Source of the DNA: Solirubrobacteraceae bacterium | Lineage (GTDB): Bacteria; Actinomycetota; Thermoleophilia; Solirubrobacterales; Solirubrobacteraceae | Length of the DNA: 64,000 nt | Reading direction: 5' to 3' | NCBI GenBank assembly: GCA_036561505.1 | Contig: DATBPE010000176.1 | Location: 1,941 to 65,940, forward strand | In this document: positions 47,150 to 56,607 of the stretch, one piece after another | How positions within the stretch are numbered: position 1 is the stretch's first letter | Layout of the letters: each line of letters begins with the position of its first letter | The notes under the pieces: generated by a model | What the model was told of the DNA's origin: nothing | Seen by the model: the letters and a program-made list of their open reading frames with translations, nothing else | The model's database searches: none | Translations under genes and position numbers: made by a program

Positions 47150-49102
47150 ATGGCACGCCTGACCCAACACGGGCTGCGCCGCTCAGTCGGCGTCCCAGGG
47201 CTGTTCGCGACCGCCTACGGCAACGTCGGCTCCTCGATCTACTACGCGCTGGGACTCGTAGCCGCGCACGCGCTGGGGCTCACTCCACTGGTGTTCATGT
47301 TCGCCGGCGGACTATTCGTGCTGACCGCCAAGACCTACGCGGAGGGCGCCTCGATGTTCCCCGAGGCGGGCGGCTCCTCCTCCTTTGCCCGCCACGCGTT
47401 CAACGACATCGTCTCGTTCTTCGCCGGCTGGGCACTGAGCCTCGACTACATCATCACGATCGCGATCTCAGCGTTCTTCGTCCCGCACTACCTGGGCGCG
47501 TTCTTCCCGAGCCTCACCCACAACCCCGGCGACATCATCGGCGGGCTGGTCACGATCGTACTGCTCGCCGCGCTGAACATCCGCGGTCTGGGCGAGTCCG
47601 CGAAGCTCAACCTGTTCTTGGCCGTAACGGACCTTTGCACACAGGTGCTGCTGGTCGCCTTCGGCTTCGTACTGGTGCTCAACCCCTCGCTGTTGATCGA
47701 CCAGGTGCACCTGGGCACCGCACCCAGCTGGACCCAGGTGATATTCGCCCTGTCGGTCGCGATGGTCGCCTACACCGGGATCGAGACCGTCTCCAACATG
47801 GCCGAGGAGGCCAAGGACCCCGGGCACGACATCCCCAAGTCGGTCAACCTCGTGTTGTTTGCCGTACTCGGCGTCTACGCGGGCATCTCGGTGGTCGCGC
47901 TCTCGGCGCTGCCGGTGATCCACCACGGAGTCGGCTACAGCCCGGCGCTGCTAGAAACCTTCAAGCACCCCGGCTATGCCACGGCGCTAGGCGGGCACTT
48001 CGAAAACGACCCGGTACTCGGCATCGTCTCGCGCCTGGGTCTGCACGGCACCCTGCTGACATTCGTACGCGGCTACGTCGGTGTGCTCGCCGCGACGATC
48101 CTGTTCATCGCCACCAACGCCGGGCTGATCGGGATCTCCCGATTGTCGTGGTCGCTGGCCGAGCACCGCCAGCTCCCGAGCGTGTTCTCGCGCCTGCATC
48201 CGAAGTTCCGCACCCCGTGGTTCACGATCGTGTTCTTCTCGATCCTCGCGGGCCTATTGATCATCCCGGGAGAAACCACGCTGCTCGGCAACCTCTACTC
48301 CTTCGGGGCGATGCTCTCCTTCACGATCGCCCACATCTCGGTGGTCGCGCTGCGCTTGAAGGACCCCGATCGCGAGCGCCCCTACCGGATGCCGTGGAAT
48401 ATCAGTGTGCGGGGCCGTCCGATTCCGCTGACGGCGGTGCTGGGGGGGATCGGCACGTTCGCGGCCTGGTGCGCGGTCGTCGCGCTACACCCCGAGGCGC
48501 GCACGATCGGCATCCCGTGGATGGTGCTGGGCTTCGGCGGCTACTTCATCTACCGCCGCCAGCAGGGACTCGATCCCCGCAAGCACTACAAGATCGAGCG
48601 TCCCGAACGCCCCGCCGACTTCGAGGAGCTCGAATATCGCACCGCGCTGGTGCCGATCTTCGGCGATGACGTGTCCGCCGCCGCGCTCTCGAGCGCCGCC
48701 AAGCTGGTGGGACAGGAAGGTGTGCTCTACGCCGTCTTCGTGCTTCCCGTCCCCAGTCAGCTCTCACTCGAGTCGGGCCTCGAGGACGAGGAGGCCCACG
48801 GACGCTCGGTGCTAGAGAGCGCCCGCATCCAGGCACGCCGAGCGGGCATCAAGATCCACACCGGCCTGATCCGCACACGCAACCCCGGGGCGGCGCTGGT
48901 CGCCGAGGCCGAGCGCGTCAGCTGCGATGTCATCTACTGGTCCACGCTGCACGCCCCAGCCGGGGAGCAGCGCATCGGCCCGACCGCGATCTACCTGCTC
49001 TCAAAGCGCCCCTGCCGGGTGATCATCGAGACCGAAAATCGCCGCTCATCGCGGGCCCGCGACGCGCCTACTGGACGCCCAGAACGATTCGCCAACGCGT
49101 GA
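47150..49102 (+). CDS. APC-family permease with C-terminal USP-like domain (copy 2)
   Basis: Paralog of 42934..44844 with the same MARLTQHGLRR start and a near-identical USP region. Confidence 0.9.
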   Translation: MARLTQHGLRRSVGVPGLFATAYGNVGSSIYYALGLVAAHALGLTPLVFMFAGGLFVLTAKTYAEGASMFPEAGGSSSFARHAFNDIVSFFAGWALSLDYIITIAISAFFVPHYLGAFFPSLTHNPGDIIGGLVTIVLLAALNIRGLGESAKLNLFLAVTDLCTQVLLVAFGFVLVLNPSLLIDQVHLGTAPSWTQVIFALSVAMVAYTGIETVSNMAEEAKDPGHDIPKSVNLVLFAVLGVYAGISVVALSALPVIHHGVGYSPALLETFKHPGYATALGGHFENDPVLGIVSRLGLHGTLLTFVRGYVGVLAATILFIATNAGLIGISRLSWSLAEHRQLPSVFSRLHPKFRTPWFTIVFFSILAGLLIIPGETTLLGNLYSFGAMLSFTIAHISVVALRLKDPDRERPYRMPWNISVRGRPIPLTAVLGGIGTFAAWCAVVALHPEARTIGIPWMVLGFGGYFIYRRQQGLDPRKHYKIERPERPADFEELEYRTALVPIFGDDVSAAALSSAAKLVGQEGVLYAVFVLPVPSQLSLESGLEDEEAHGRSVLESARIQARRAGIKIHTGLIRTRNPGAALVAEAERVSCDVIYWSTLHAPAGEQRIGPTAIYLLSKRPCRVIIETENRRSSRARDAPTGRPERFANA

Positions 49103-50780
49103 GCCCGCCGCTCTCAGCAGAACCCGCCGTCAGGGTGCCCAGCGAACGCAGGTAGGTGAAGGTCTTGCCGAAGGTCGTGCTTTCCTGCACGTTGAGGCTT
49201 TCCAGCACCCCGATGATCGTCGGGAAGTCAAGCAGCAGATCGGGTTTCATTTCCGGGCCGAGGGTGCTCTGCGCGGTGGTGTAGGCGGGGGATCCAGCGA
49301 GCGGGGAGGAGGACTGGAACGCCGCCTGCACCGAAGCTTCGCCCAGGCCGATCACGAACTTGCCCTGGCCGTCGGCGACGTCGATGCTCAGCAGCGAGCC
49401 CTTCAACTTGACCGTCACCGCCGCTTCGGCGCCGGGCAGCGAAATCGGGGTGATGCTCGCGCCGTCGCCGCGCAGCAGGCTGGCTAGTTTCGACACCGCC
49501 GCGCGGGAGCGCGCCGGGTTGGTGGAGTCGATCACAACCGCGGCGGTGATGTTCAGCAGGTTGGTGCCGCTGGCGAATATGCCGGCCGAGCCCATCCAGC
49601 TCAAGAATTCGCGATTGAGGGAAGCGCCGTGCAGGTGAAGGGAGGGGATCGTTTCACCGAGACCGCTGGTGGAACCGAGCGAGGCCAGGTGTTCCAGTGA
49701 CTTCACGCTGGTCTGTAGCGAATGGCCGAGGTTGCCGATCCCCACCGCGAACCAGGAGTCGCTCGGGAGCTTTGAGAAGATCTGCGCGGCGGCCGCCTGG
49801 TCGCTTGCTTCAGAGCCCGAGGTTGTGCTCAGCGCGTCCACCGTGATCGAACTCTTGGTCGGTATCACCGTCAGGAACACCGGGCCCTTGCCGGTGAGCA
49901 GCTGACGTAGGTATCCAAGCTGCTGTTCGTTGTGCTTTTCATGGGTGGCACCGACCGAGCCCAGCAGCCCCGTCGGGCTGATGTAGAGCTCGGCGATCGC
50001 GCCTGGGCTGGCCTTGGCGCTGAGCCGACGGTAGCTTTCGGAGTTCTGAAGCGCCGAGGCGCCCTTGACCGTTTCGATGACGCTCTTGAAGGCCTGTTCG
50101 GTGCCGATCACCGCGTAGGAGCCGACGATTCCCGCGGCGTCGCCCTTGGAGTCGACCTGGTAGGAGATCCCCTGGAAACTGGAGTTGTGCACAGCGCCGT
50201 TGCGAGCGGCCTGTGCGTGCAGGAAGACACGCGCCTTGGCGGCGTCCTTGACGTCGAACAGCGCCGCTCCCTGCGTTTCGACGCTCTTCAGCGCCCCGCT
50301 GGCGCCCTGGCCGCTGAGTGCCCCGGAGGAGCCGGCTTCCAGCAGCCCGGTCAGGGAGTCCTTGCCGGTGCCCAGCGAGCTCAAGAACACGCCCACCCGT
50401 TCCCCGGCCCACGGTTGCACTTCAGACCACTTCAGCGGATGCGAGCCTTCTTTGTTTTCTTCCAGCAGCCGCTGGAAGGGATCCTTCGTGTGCGTGAGCT
50501 TTTCCGCGACCGTCTGAATGTCGCTCTGCAGACTCCCGGTCGGCTGGATCACGATGCTCGCGTACAGCGGCGCGGAGGAGGGGACCGCGGAGGCTGGATC
50601 CGGCTGACGCGAGACAGAGGAGCCCGAGGATCCGCAGCCGGCGAGTAGCGGCGCGGTCACCGTGAGGGCAATCAGGGCGTGAAGCGAGGGACGCTTGAAA
50701 TGAAGGGATCGCAACGGTTTCTTCCTTTGATGGGGTACGCCGATCGTACGGGTCCGGTGAGCGCTCGTGCAAGTACCCAA
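49068..50780 (-). CDS. Lipoprotein, DUF3352-like
   Basis: Lipobox LLAGC; PASAVP and VQPWAGERVGV motifs. True start is probably somewhat downstream of 50780. Confidence 0.65.
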   Translation of the reverse strand: MGTCTSAHRTRTIGVPHQRKKPLRSLHFKRPSLHALIALTVTAPLLAGCGSSGSSVSRQPDPASAVPSSAPLYASIVIQPTGSLQSDIQTVAEKLTHTKDPFQRLLEENKEGSHPLKWSEVQPWAGERVGVFLSSLGTGKDSLTGLLEAGSSGALSGQGASGALKSVETQGAALFDVKDAAKARVFLHAQAARNGAVHNSSFQGISYQVDSKGDAAGIVGSYAVIGTEQAFKSVIETVKGASALQNSESYRRLSAKASPGAIAELYISPTGLLGSVGATHEKHNEQQLGYLRQLLTGKGPVFLTVIPTKSSITVDALSTTSGSEASDQAAAAQIFSKLPSDSWFAVGIGNLGHSLQTSVKSLEHLASLGSTSGLGETIPSLHLHGASLNREFLSWMGSAGIFASGTNLLNITAAVVIDSTNPARSRAAVSKLASLLRGDGASITPISLPGAEAAVTVKLKGSLLSIDVADGQGKFVIGLGEASVQAAFQSSSPLAGSPAYTTAQSTLGPEMKPDLLLDFPTIIGVLESLNVQESTTFGKTFTYLRSLGTLTAGSAESGGLTRWRIVLGVQ

Positions 50781-50937
50781 ACCGCGCCGGACCGGGGTGA
50801 CTGCAAGGCGCCTGTCAACCGGCAGAGATGCACGGCGGATTGCAGCTTTCGGTGGCGGGTGCGCTCATCTGGCCTCCACGCAAAAACCGACGCCCAGCGG
50901 CGGTTTTGGCCAACGAATGGTCCGGATCGAGACCATA

Positions 50938-50983
50938 GTGGGAAAAAGTGTGCAACTAGGGTTGCATTGTGGGACAAAGTGGG
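50938..50983 (+). promoter_or_regulatory. MraZ-binding dcw boxes
   Basis: GTGGG-N5-GTGTG ... GTGGG-N5-GTGGG repeats with 10-bp period upstream of mraZ. Confidence 0.8.
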
Positions 50984-50999
50984 ATAGCGTCGCCTTAGC

Positions 51000-51042
51000 G
51001 AGCCGCGGTGGAGGAGCTCCTCCCACTCCTCCACCACGGCTC
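51000..51042 (+). ncRNA. 5'-leader hairpin, candidate mraW RNA motif
   Basis: 17-bp stem with one mismatch (GAGCCGCGGTGGAGGAG / CTCCTCCACCACGGCTC) and pyrimidine loop CTCCTCCCA, upstream of mraZ. Confidence 0.5.
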
Positions 51043-51068
51043 AGTAGTCAGATCAGGAGCAGAGGACC

Positions 51069-51512
51069 TTGGTTTTCCGTGGCACCTTCGATCACACGCT
51101 CGACACCAAGAACCGGCTCAAGGTGCCGGCCCGCTACTGCGCGACGTTCTCAGAGGGTCTCGTGTTGGCGATGCCCGTCGATCTGCAGCCGTGTGTTGGG
51201 GTGTGGCGCCCAGAGGACTACGACCGCTACACCCAGCGTGCGCTGGCCGATCTGCCGCCGCTCTCACCAAAGCTCACCGAACTCGAGCGCTTCTTCTACG
51301 GCAGCTCCCAGGACGCCGAACTGGACAGCGCCGGGCGGATCATGGTGCCCGGCTTCCTATCCGAGCACGCCAACCTCCAAAACAAGGAGGTCGTGGTCGT
51401 CGGAGCAGGAGACCGTTTGGAGCTGTGGGACAGAGCCCGCTGGATTGACCATCGACCGGCGCTGCTGGGCGGCGTCGCAGAGATAACCGCACGTGTCGAG
51501 TTCCCTGCTTGA
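51069..51512 (+). CDS. mraZ: Transcriptional regulator MraZ
   Basis: FRGTFDHTLDTKNRL, LDSAGRI and GAGDRLELWD motifs. Confidence 0.95.
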   Translation: MVFRGTFDHTLDTKNRLKVPARYCATFSEGLVLAMPVDLQPCVGVWRPEDYDRYTQRALADLPPLSPKLTELERFFYGSSQDAELDSAGRIMVPGFLSEHANLQNKEVVVVGAGDRLELWDRARWIDHRPALLGGVAEITARVEFPA

Positions 51513-52566
51513 AATCCCCTACGACGCGGCAATCGAGTGCCGGCGCACCTCCCCGCCCAAAGGCCGCAGGGCGCTCGCCCGCTCCGCGGCCCGTAGCGAG
51601 GGGCGCCCGGAATCCTCTAGCGGCCACATCCCGGTGCTCGCCAACGAGCTGTTGGCGCTCGCCCATCCACATCCCGGTCAGACCGTGATCGACTGCACCT
51701 TCGGCGGCGGCGGGCACGCCCGCCTGGTCGCCCAGCGCCTGGGGTCGACCGGGACGCTGATAGCCATCGACCGCGACCCGCTCGCCGAAGAGCGCTTCGC
51801 CGCGCTGGCCACCGAAGTGTCCTGCTCCGTGCGATTCATCCGCTCGAACTTCTCCCAGGCGCTGGGAGTACTCGCGGGGGAGGGGGTGCGCGCCGACCTG
51901 GCCTACTTCGACCTGGGCATGTCCTCGATGCAGGTCGACACCCGCGAGCGCGGCTTCTCCTACTCCTACGACGCGCCGCTTGACATGCGCATGGATCCCT
52001 CCGAGCCACTCAGCGCCGCGGACATCGTCTCGAGCTGGGATCAGCGCGCGCTGGCCAGAGTGCTGCGCGACTACGGCGAGGAGCGCCACGCCGGCTCGAT
52101 TGCCCACGCCATCGTCAAGCGCCGCGAGAGCGCCCCGATCCACACAACTCTCGAGCTCGTTGACGTCATCAACTCGGCTATCCCGGCGCCCGCGCGCTTC
52201 GCCGGATCGCACCCCGCCAAGCGCGTCTTTCAAGCGCTGCGGATCGCCGTCAACGACGAGCTCGGCCAACTCGACGCCGCGCTGCCGCTCGCCTGGGGAA
52301 TCCTGCGCGAGGGCGGTGTGTTGGCCGGCATCTGCTTTCACTCCCTGGAGGACCGCCGCGTAAAGCGCTTTCTGGTGGCGTGCGCCCGGGGCTGCATCTG
52401 CCCGCCGGACCTGCCGATCTGCGCCTGTGGACGCGAGCCACAGGCCAAGCTGCTCTCCCGCCGCGCCGTTCAGGCCACACCCGGCGAGATCGCACGCAAC
52501 CCCCGCTCGGCCTCAGCGCGGCTGCGCGGAGCACGCAAGCTGACCGACACCGAGCAGGCGCCATGA
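51493..52566 (+). CDS. rsmH: 16S rRNA m4C1402 methyltransferase
   Basis: HIPVL, DCTFGGGGH, DLGMSSMQ, FQALRIAVN, FHSLEDR and NPRSASARLR motifs. Start uncertain. Confidence 0.96.
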   Translation: MSSSLLEIPYDAAIECRRTSPPKGRRALARSAARSEGRPESSSGHIPVLANELLALAHPHPGQTVIDCTFGGGGHARLVAQRLGSTGTLIAIDRDPLAEERFAALATEVSCSVRFIRSNFSQALGVLAGEGVRADLAYFDLGMSSMQVDTRERGFSYSYDAPLDMRMDPSEPLSAADIVSSWDQRALARVLRDYGEERHAGSIAHAIVKRRESAPIHTTLELVDVINSAIPAPARFAGSHPAKRVFQALRIAVNDELGQLDAALPLAWGILREGGVLAGICFHSLEDRRVKRFLVACARGCICPPDLPICACGREPQAKLLSRRAVQATPGEIARNPRSASARLRGARKLTDTEQAP

Positions 52567-53402
52567 CCCCGCCCGCCAGCGCACAACGCGCCCGCACCGC
52601 CAGCAGGCCACGCCGCGTCTCCGGAGCGCCACCCCGGGCACGGCTTAGCACGGCGGCCCCGGCAATCGCCCCGGGCACCCGCCAGCGCCCCCACAACCGC
52701 CCGCCGATCAAAACGGTGCGTGCACCGAAGCCCAACCCGGGACTGCTGGGCGCACTGATCGGCCTACCCGAACACCGTCTGCTCGACCGGATGATCCGCG
52801 GCCGGGTGTGGATCGGATTCGTCGCGTTCGCGCTGATCGGGATCGTCACGATGCAACTGCTCGTGCTGAAGCTGAACACCGGCATCGGCCACGCGCTCGT
52901 GCAACAGAGCCGCCTGCAACGCGAAAACGCCGCCATGAGCATCGAAAACTCGACCGCCGCCGCCGGTGAAAACATCGAGCCCGAGGCAAACCGCAAGGGG
53001 ATGCAGGTCGCGCCCGTCGGGGCGATCGGGTTCGTTACGGTCACAAAGGCGGATATCGCGCACGCCGCCGCTGCGCTACGCAATGCCGCCCCCATCTCTG
53101 CCCGAGGATCGGAAACCCAGACCGCCTCTAACTCCAGCGAACCGTCCGCCACGAGCACCGAAAGCACCGAAAGCACATCCACCCAAACAGCCGCGGCGGA
53201 AACCCCACCGCCATCCACAGCGGAAACCTCGAGCGCCGGCGAAAGCAGCGCGTCAAGCCAAGCCCCGACAGCGGAAAGTGAAAGCGCCAGCGCCACGCCG
53301 AGCCAAACAACATCGAGCGCCGCCGTCGCGCCGAGCGGCGAATCCTCCCCGGTGCAGCCGGCGAGCGCCTCTGGCGGCACCGCGCCACCGAGCCAGGGTT
53401 AG
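52563..53402 (+). CDS. ftsL: FtsL-like cell division protein with Ser/Thr/Glu-rich tail
   Basis: Basic N-terminus, single TM and a coiled coil (LQRENAAMSIE); located between rsmH and ftsI. Confidence 0.65.
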   Translation: MTPPASAQRARTASRPRRVSGAPPRARLSTAAPAIAPGTRQRPHNRPPIKTVRAPKPNPGLLGALIGLPEHRLLDRMIRGRVWIGFVAFALIGIVTMQLLVLKLNTGIGHALVQQSRLQRENAAMSIENSTAAAGENIEPEANRKGMQVAPVGAIGFVTVTKADIAHAAAALRNAAPISARGSETQTASNSSEPSATSTESTESTSTQTAAAETPPPSTAETSSAGESSASSQAPTAESESASATPSQTTSSAAVAPSGESSPVQPASASGGTAPPSQG

Positions 53403-53405
53403 ACG

Positions 53406-55067
53406 GTGGCGCTCAGGCAGCGGCGAATAGGAGCGCTCTTCGGGACGTTCTTTCTACTGCTGGTGCTCGCCGCCGTACGAACCGCGTATCTGGGGTCCGT
53501 ACGCGGAGCGAGCCTGCGCCAAGCCGCACGCGACCAGCAGCTCACACACGTGAAGGTGCCCGCCATACGCGGCACGATCACCGACCGCGACGGCATCGAC
53601 CTGGCGGTCTCCGAGCCAGCACAGGATCTCTCAGCCGACCCCTACCTGCTCAGGACTCCGCTGGCCGCGGCAGCGCAACTGGCGCCTCTGCTCGGCCAGA
53701 CACAGGACAGCGTGCTGCGCAAGCTCTCTGAGCGCAGCGGATTTGTGTATCTCGCCAGGGCGCTACCCGAACGCCAAGCCCAGAAGATCCTGGCACTGAA
53801 GATCCCCGGCGTCGCGGGCACACCGGTCATGCGCCGCGTGTATCCGCGCGGCACGCTCGCCGCCCAGGTACTCGGCGTGGTCGGCATCGAAGGCAACGGA
53901 CTGGCGGGCCTCGAGTACTCCCGAGACTCGCTATTGAGAGGGCGCTCCGGGCAGCGACGTGTGGTCAGCGACGCGATCGGCCAGCCCGTGTCGATCACCG
54001 AAACCCACCGTGTGATCCCCGGGCAATCGCTGACGCTGACGCTCGACGCCAACATCCAACAGCGCACCGAAGACGTGCTCGGCGCCGTCGCCAGGATATT
54101 CAACCCGAAAGACGCCACCGCGATCGTCATGGATCCCCACAGCGGAGCGATCCTGGCGCTTGCCAACTGGCCGCAGGTGAACGCCAACGACCCGGGCGCG
54201 TCATCCTCCGAAGACCAGCAGGATCGCGCTGTCGGCTTCAACTACGAACCCGGCTCGACCTTCAAGGCGTTCACGGTCTCCGGTGCGCTGCAGGGCGGGC
54301 TGATAAGCCCAGACACCCCTTTCAACATCCCCGATCAGATCCAGGTCGCCGACCGCACGATCCACGACGACACCGAACACCCCGAAGAGACGCTCACAAC
54401 CGCGCAGATCCTCGCGCGATCGAGCAACGTCGGCGCGATCAAGATCGGCAAACTCGAGGGCCCGCAGACCTTCAACAGCTGGGTGCATCGCTTCGGCTTC
54501 GGCACACCCACCGGCGTCGAGCTGCCAGGCGAGGAACGGGGAGTGACGCTGCCGTTGGACCACTACTCAGGCTCCTCGATGGGCAACCTCCCGATCGGAC
54601 AGGGCGAGCTGGTCACACCGATGCAGATGGCCACCGCCTACTCGGCGATCGCCAACGGCGGCATCATGCGTGCACCGCACGTGATCGGCGCCGTCGGCGG
54701 GCACCCGCAGCCTCTGCCGGCGGGGCATCGCATCATCTCCGCCGCCACCGCGGCCTCCCTGCGACACATGCTCGAAGGGGTGCTGGCTCCCGGGGGTACC
54801 GCCAGCGAGGTCGAAGTTCCCGGTTACAAGCTCGCGGGCAAGACCGGAACCGCCAGCAAGATCGACCCGGCCACCGGCGAATACTCAAAGAACGCCTATG
54901 TGGCGTCGTTCATCGGCTTCGCTCCCGCTTCTGACCCCAAGCTGCTCGCGGCCGTGGTCGTCGACGAACCGCAGACCGGCTCGATCTTCGGTGGGACGGT
55001 CGCCGCGCCGGCGTTCGGTCAGATCATGTCCTTCGCGCTGCCCTATCTGGGGATCCCGCCCGGCTGA
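53406..55067 (+). CDS. ftsI: Class B penicillin-binding protein (FtsI)
   Basis: RGTITDRDG, EPGSTFK (SxxK), SSNVG (SxN) and GKTGT motifs. Confidence 0.93.
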   Translation: MALRQRRIGALFGTFFLLLVLAAVRTAYLGSVRGASLRQAARDQQLTHVKVPAIRGTITDRDGIDLAVSEPAQDLSADPYLLRTPLAAAAQLAPLLGQTQDSVLRKLSERSGFVYLARALPERQAQKILALKIPGVAGTPVMRRVYPRGTLAAQVLGVVGIEGNGLAGLEYSRDSLLRGRSGQRRVVSDAIGQPVSITETHRVIPGQSLTLTLDANIQQRTEDVLGAVARIFNPKDATAIVMDPHSGAILALANWPQVNANDPGASSSEDQQDRAVGFNYEPGSTFKAFTVSGALQGGLISPDTPFNIPDQIQVADRTIHDDTEHPEETLTTAQILARSSNVGAIKIGKLEGPQTFNSWVHRFGFGTPTGVELPGEERGVTLPLDHYSGSSMGNLPIGQGELVTPMQMATAYSAIANGGIMRAPHVIGAVGGHPQPLPAGHRIISAATAASLRHMLEGVLAPGGTASEVEVPGYKLAGKTGTASKIDPATGEYSKNAYVASFIGFAPASDPKLLAAVVVDEPQTGSIFGGTVAAPAFGQIMSFALPYLGIPPG

Positions 55068-55104
55068 CACCGATTGGCGCTGACCGGGAAACTAGACTGG
55101 GCCT

Positions 55105-56607
55105 GTGTCAGCCCCGAGCGTGAGACTGGATGAGCTCATGCCCACCCAGGCGCGTGGGCCAGTCCCGGCGCTAGAGATAACCGGCCTGGCATACGACAGC
55201 CGCCAGGTGCGCAGCGGCACGCTCTTCTTCTGCATACCCGGAGCCCAGCACGACGGCCACGACTTCGCCGCGCAAGCGATCGGCGCCGGAGCGGCGGCGC
55301 TGGTGGTGGAGCGTCCGCTGGAGCTGGATGTTCCACAGATACAGGTCCCCTCCGTACGCGCCGCGATGGCGGCACTCGCCGCGCGCTTCTACGGTGACCC
55401 CAGCCAACGGCTGCGGGTCGTGGGTGTCACCGGCACCAACGGCAAGACAACCACCGCCTACATCGTGCGCGCCCTGATCGAAGCCGGCGGGGAGCAGTGC
55501 GGGCTGCTGGGCACCGTCAAGTCGGTGATCGCCGGGGCAGAGCGCCCCGCCGTGCGAACCACACCGGAGGCGATCGAGTTGCAACGCGATCTGCGTGCGA
55601 TGCTCGACGGCGGCGATCAGGCCTGCGCGATCGAGGTCTCCTCGCACGCGCTGGCGCTGGGGCGCTCGAGCCACATTCACTTCGCCGCGGCGATCTTCAC
55701 CAACCTGACCCAGGACCACCTGGACTTCCACCAGGACATGGAGGACTACTTCGCCGCCAAGCGCACGCTGTTTCTGCCCGACCAGCCGGGTCGCCCGCCC
55801 GCCCTCAGCGTGATCAACATCGACGACCCCTACGGGCGGCGCCTGGCTGGCGAACTCGAGCGGCCGCTGAGCGTCGCGATCGACAGCGACGCCGACTACC
55901 GCGCGCGCCTGCTGGAGATCGGCCACGAGCAGACACAGATCGAACTGGACACCCCGGACTGCAAAGAGCGTCTGACGCTGGCGCTCCCCGGGCGCTTCAA
56001 CGTCTACAACGCGCTCGGGGCGCTCGCCGCCGTGCATGGCAGCGGCGCAGACATACAGCCGCTGCTGGCGGCGCTCGAGCAGGGGGTTTCAGTCCCTGGG
56101 CGCATGGAGGCTGTGCGCGAGGGACAGGACTTCACGGTGCTAGTCGACTACGCCCACACACCCGACTCGCTTGCCAACGTGCTGGCCGCGGCACGCGAGC
56201 TGACTCACCGGCGCGTGATCCTGGTATTCGGGGCCGGCGGCGATCGTGACCGCGGCAAGCGCCCATTGATGGGCCAGATCGCCGCCCGCGACGCAGATCT
56301 GGCGATCGTGACCTCAGACAACCCCCGCTCGGAGGATCCCGAGGCGATCATTGCCGAGATAATGGCCGGAATGCCGCCAGTTACCCGACCGCCCGGCGCG
56401 CCGGTGCAGGCGATCACCGACCGCCGCGGCGCCATCGAGCGGGCCGTGGAACTCGCGGGCCCCGGTGACGTCCTCGTGATCGCGGGCAAGGGCCACGAGC
56501 AGGGCCAGGAACTCGCTGGAGCAGTCAAGCTGCCCTTCGACGACGTCAGCGTCGTACGCGAAGCGTTGCACGGCTCCCAAACCCAGCAAAACCGGGCCCC
56601 AGCGTGA
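55105..56607 (+). CDS. murE: UDP-MurNAc-tripeptide synthetase MurE
   Basis: GTNGKTT, EVSSH, DHLDFH, DYAHTPD, DNPR (DAP-type) and AGKGHE motifs. Confidence 0.96.
   Translation: MSAPSVRLDELMPTQARGPVPALEITGLAYDSRQVRSGTLFFCIPGAQHDGHDFAAQAIGAGAAALVVERPLELDVPQIQVPSVRAAMAALAARFYGDPSQRLRVVGVTGTNGKTTTAYIVRALIEAGGEQCGLLGTVKSVIAGAERPAVRTTPEAIELQRDLRAMLDGGDQACAIEVSSHALALGRSSHIHFAAAIFTNLTQDHLDFHQDMEDYFAAKRTLFLPDQPGRPPALSVINIDDPYGRRLAGELERPLSVAIDSDADYRARLLEIGHEQTQIELDTPDCKERLTLALPGRFNVYNALGALAAVHGSGADIQPLLAALEQGVSVPGRMEAVREGQDFTVLVDYAHTPDSLANVLAAARELTHRRVILVFGAGGDRDRGKRPLMGQIAARDADLAIVTSDNPRSEDPEAIIAEIMAGMPPVTRPPGAPVQAITDRRGAIERAVELAGPGDVLVIAGKGHEQGQELAGAVKLPFDDVSVVREALHGSQTQQNRAPA

Noticed and set aside
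50880-50910. Inverted repeat CAAAAACCG...CGGTTTTGG as a terminator
   Set aside because: It lies between divergent genes with no gene ending there and has an imperfect stem. No function can be supported.
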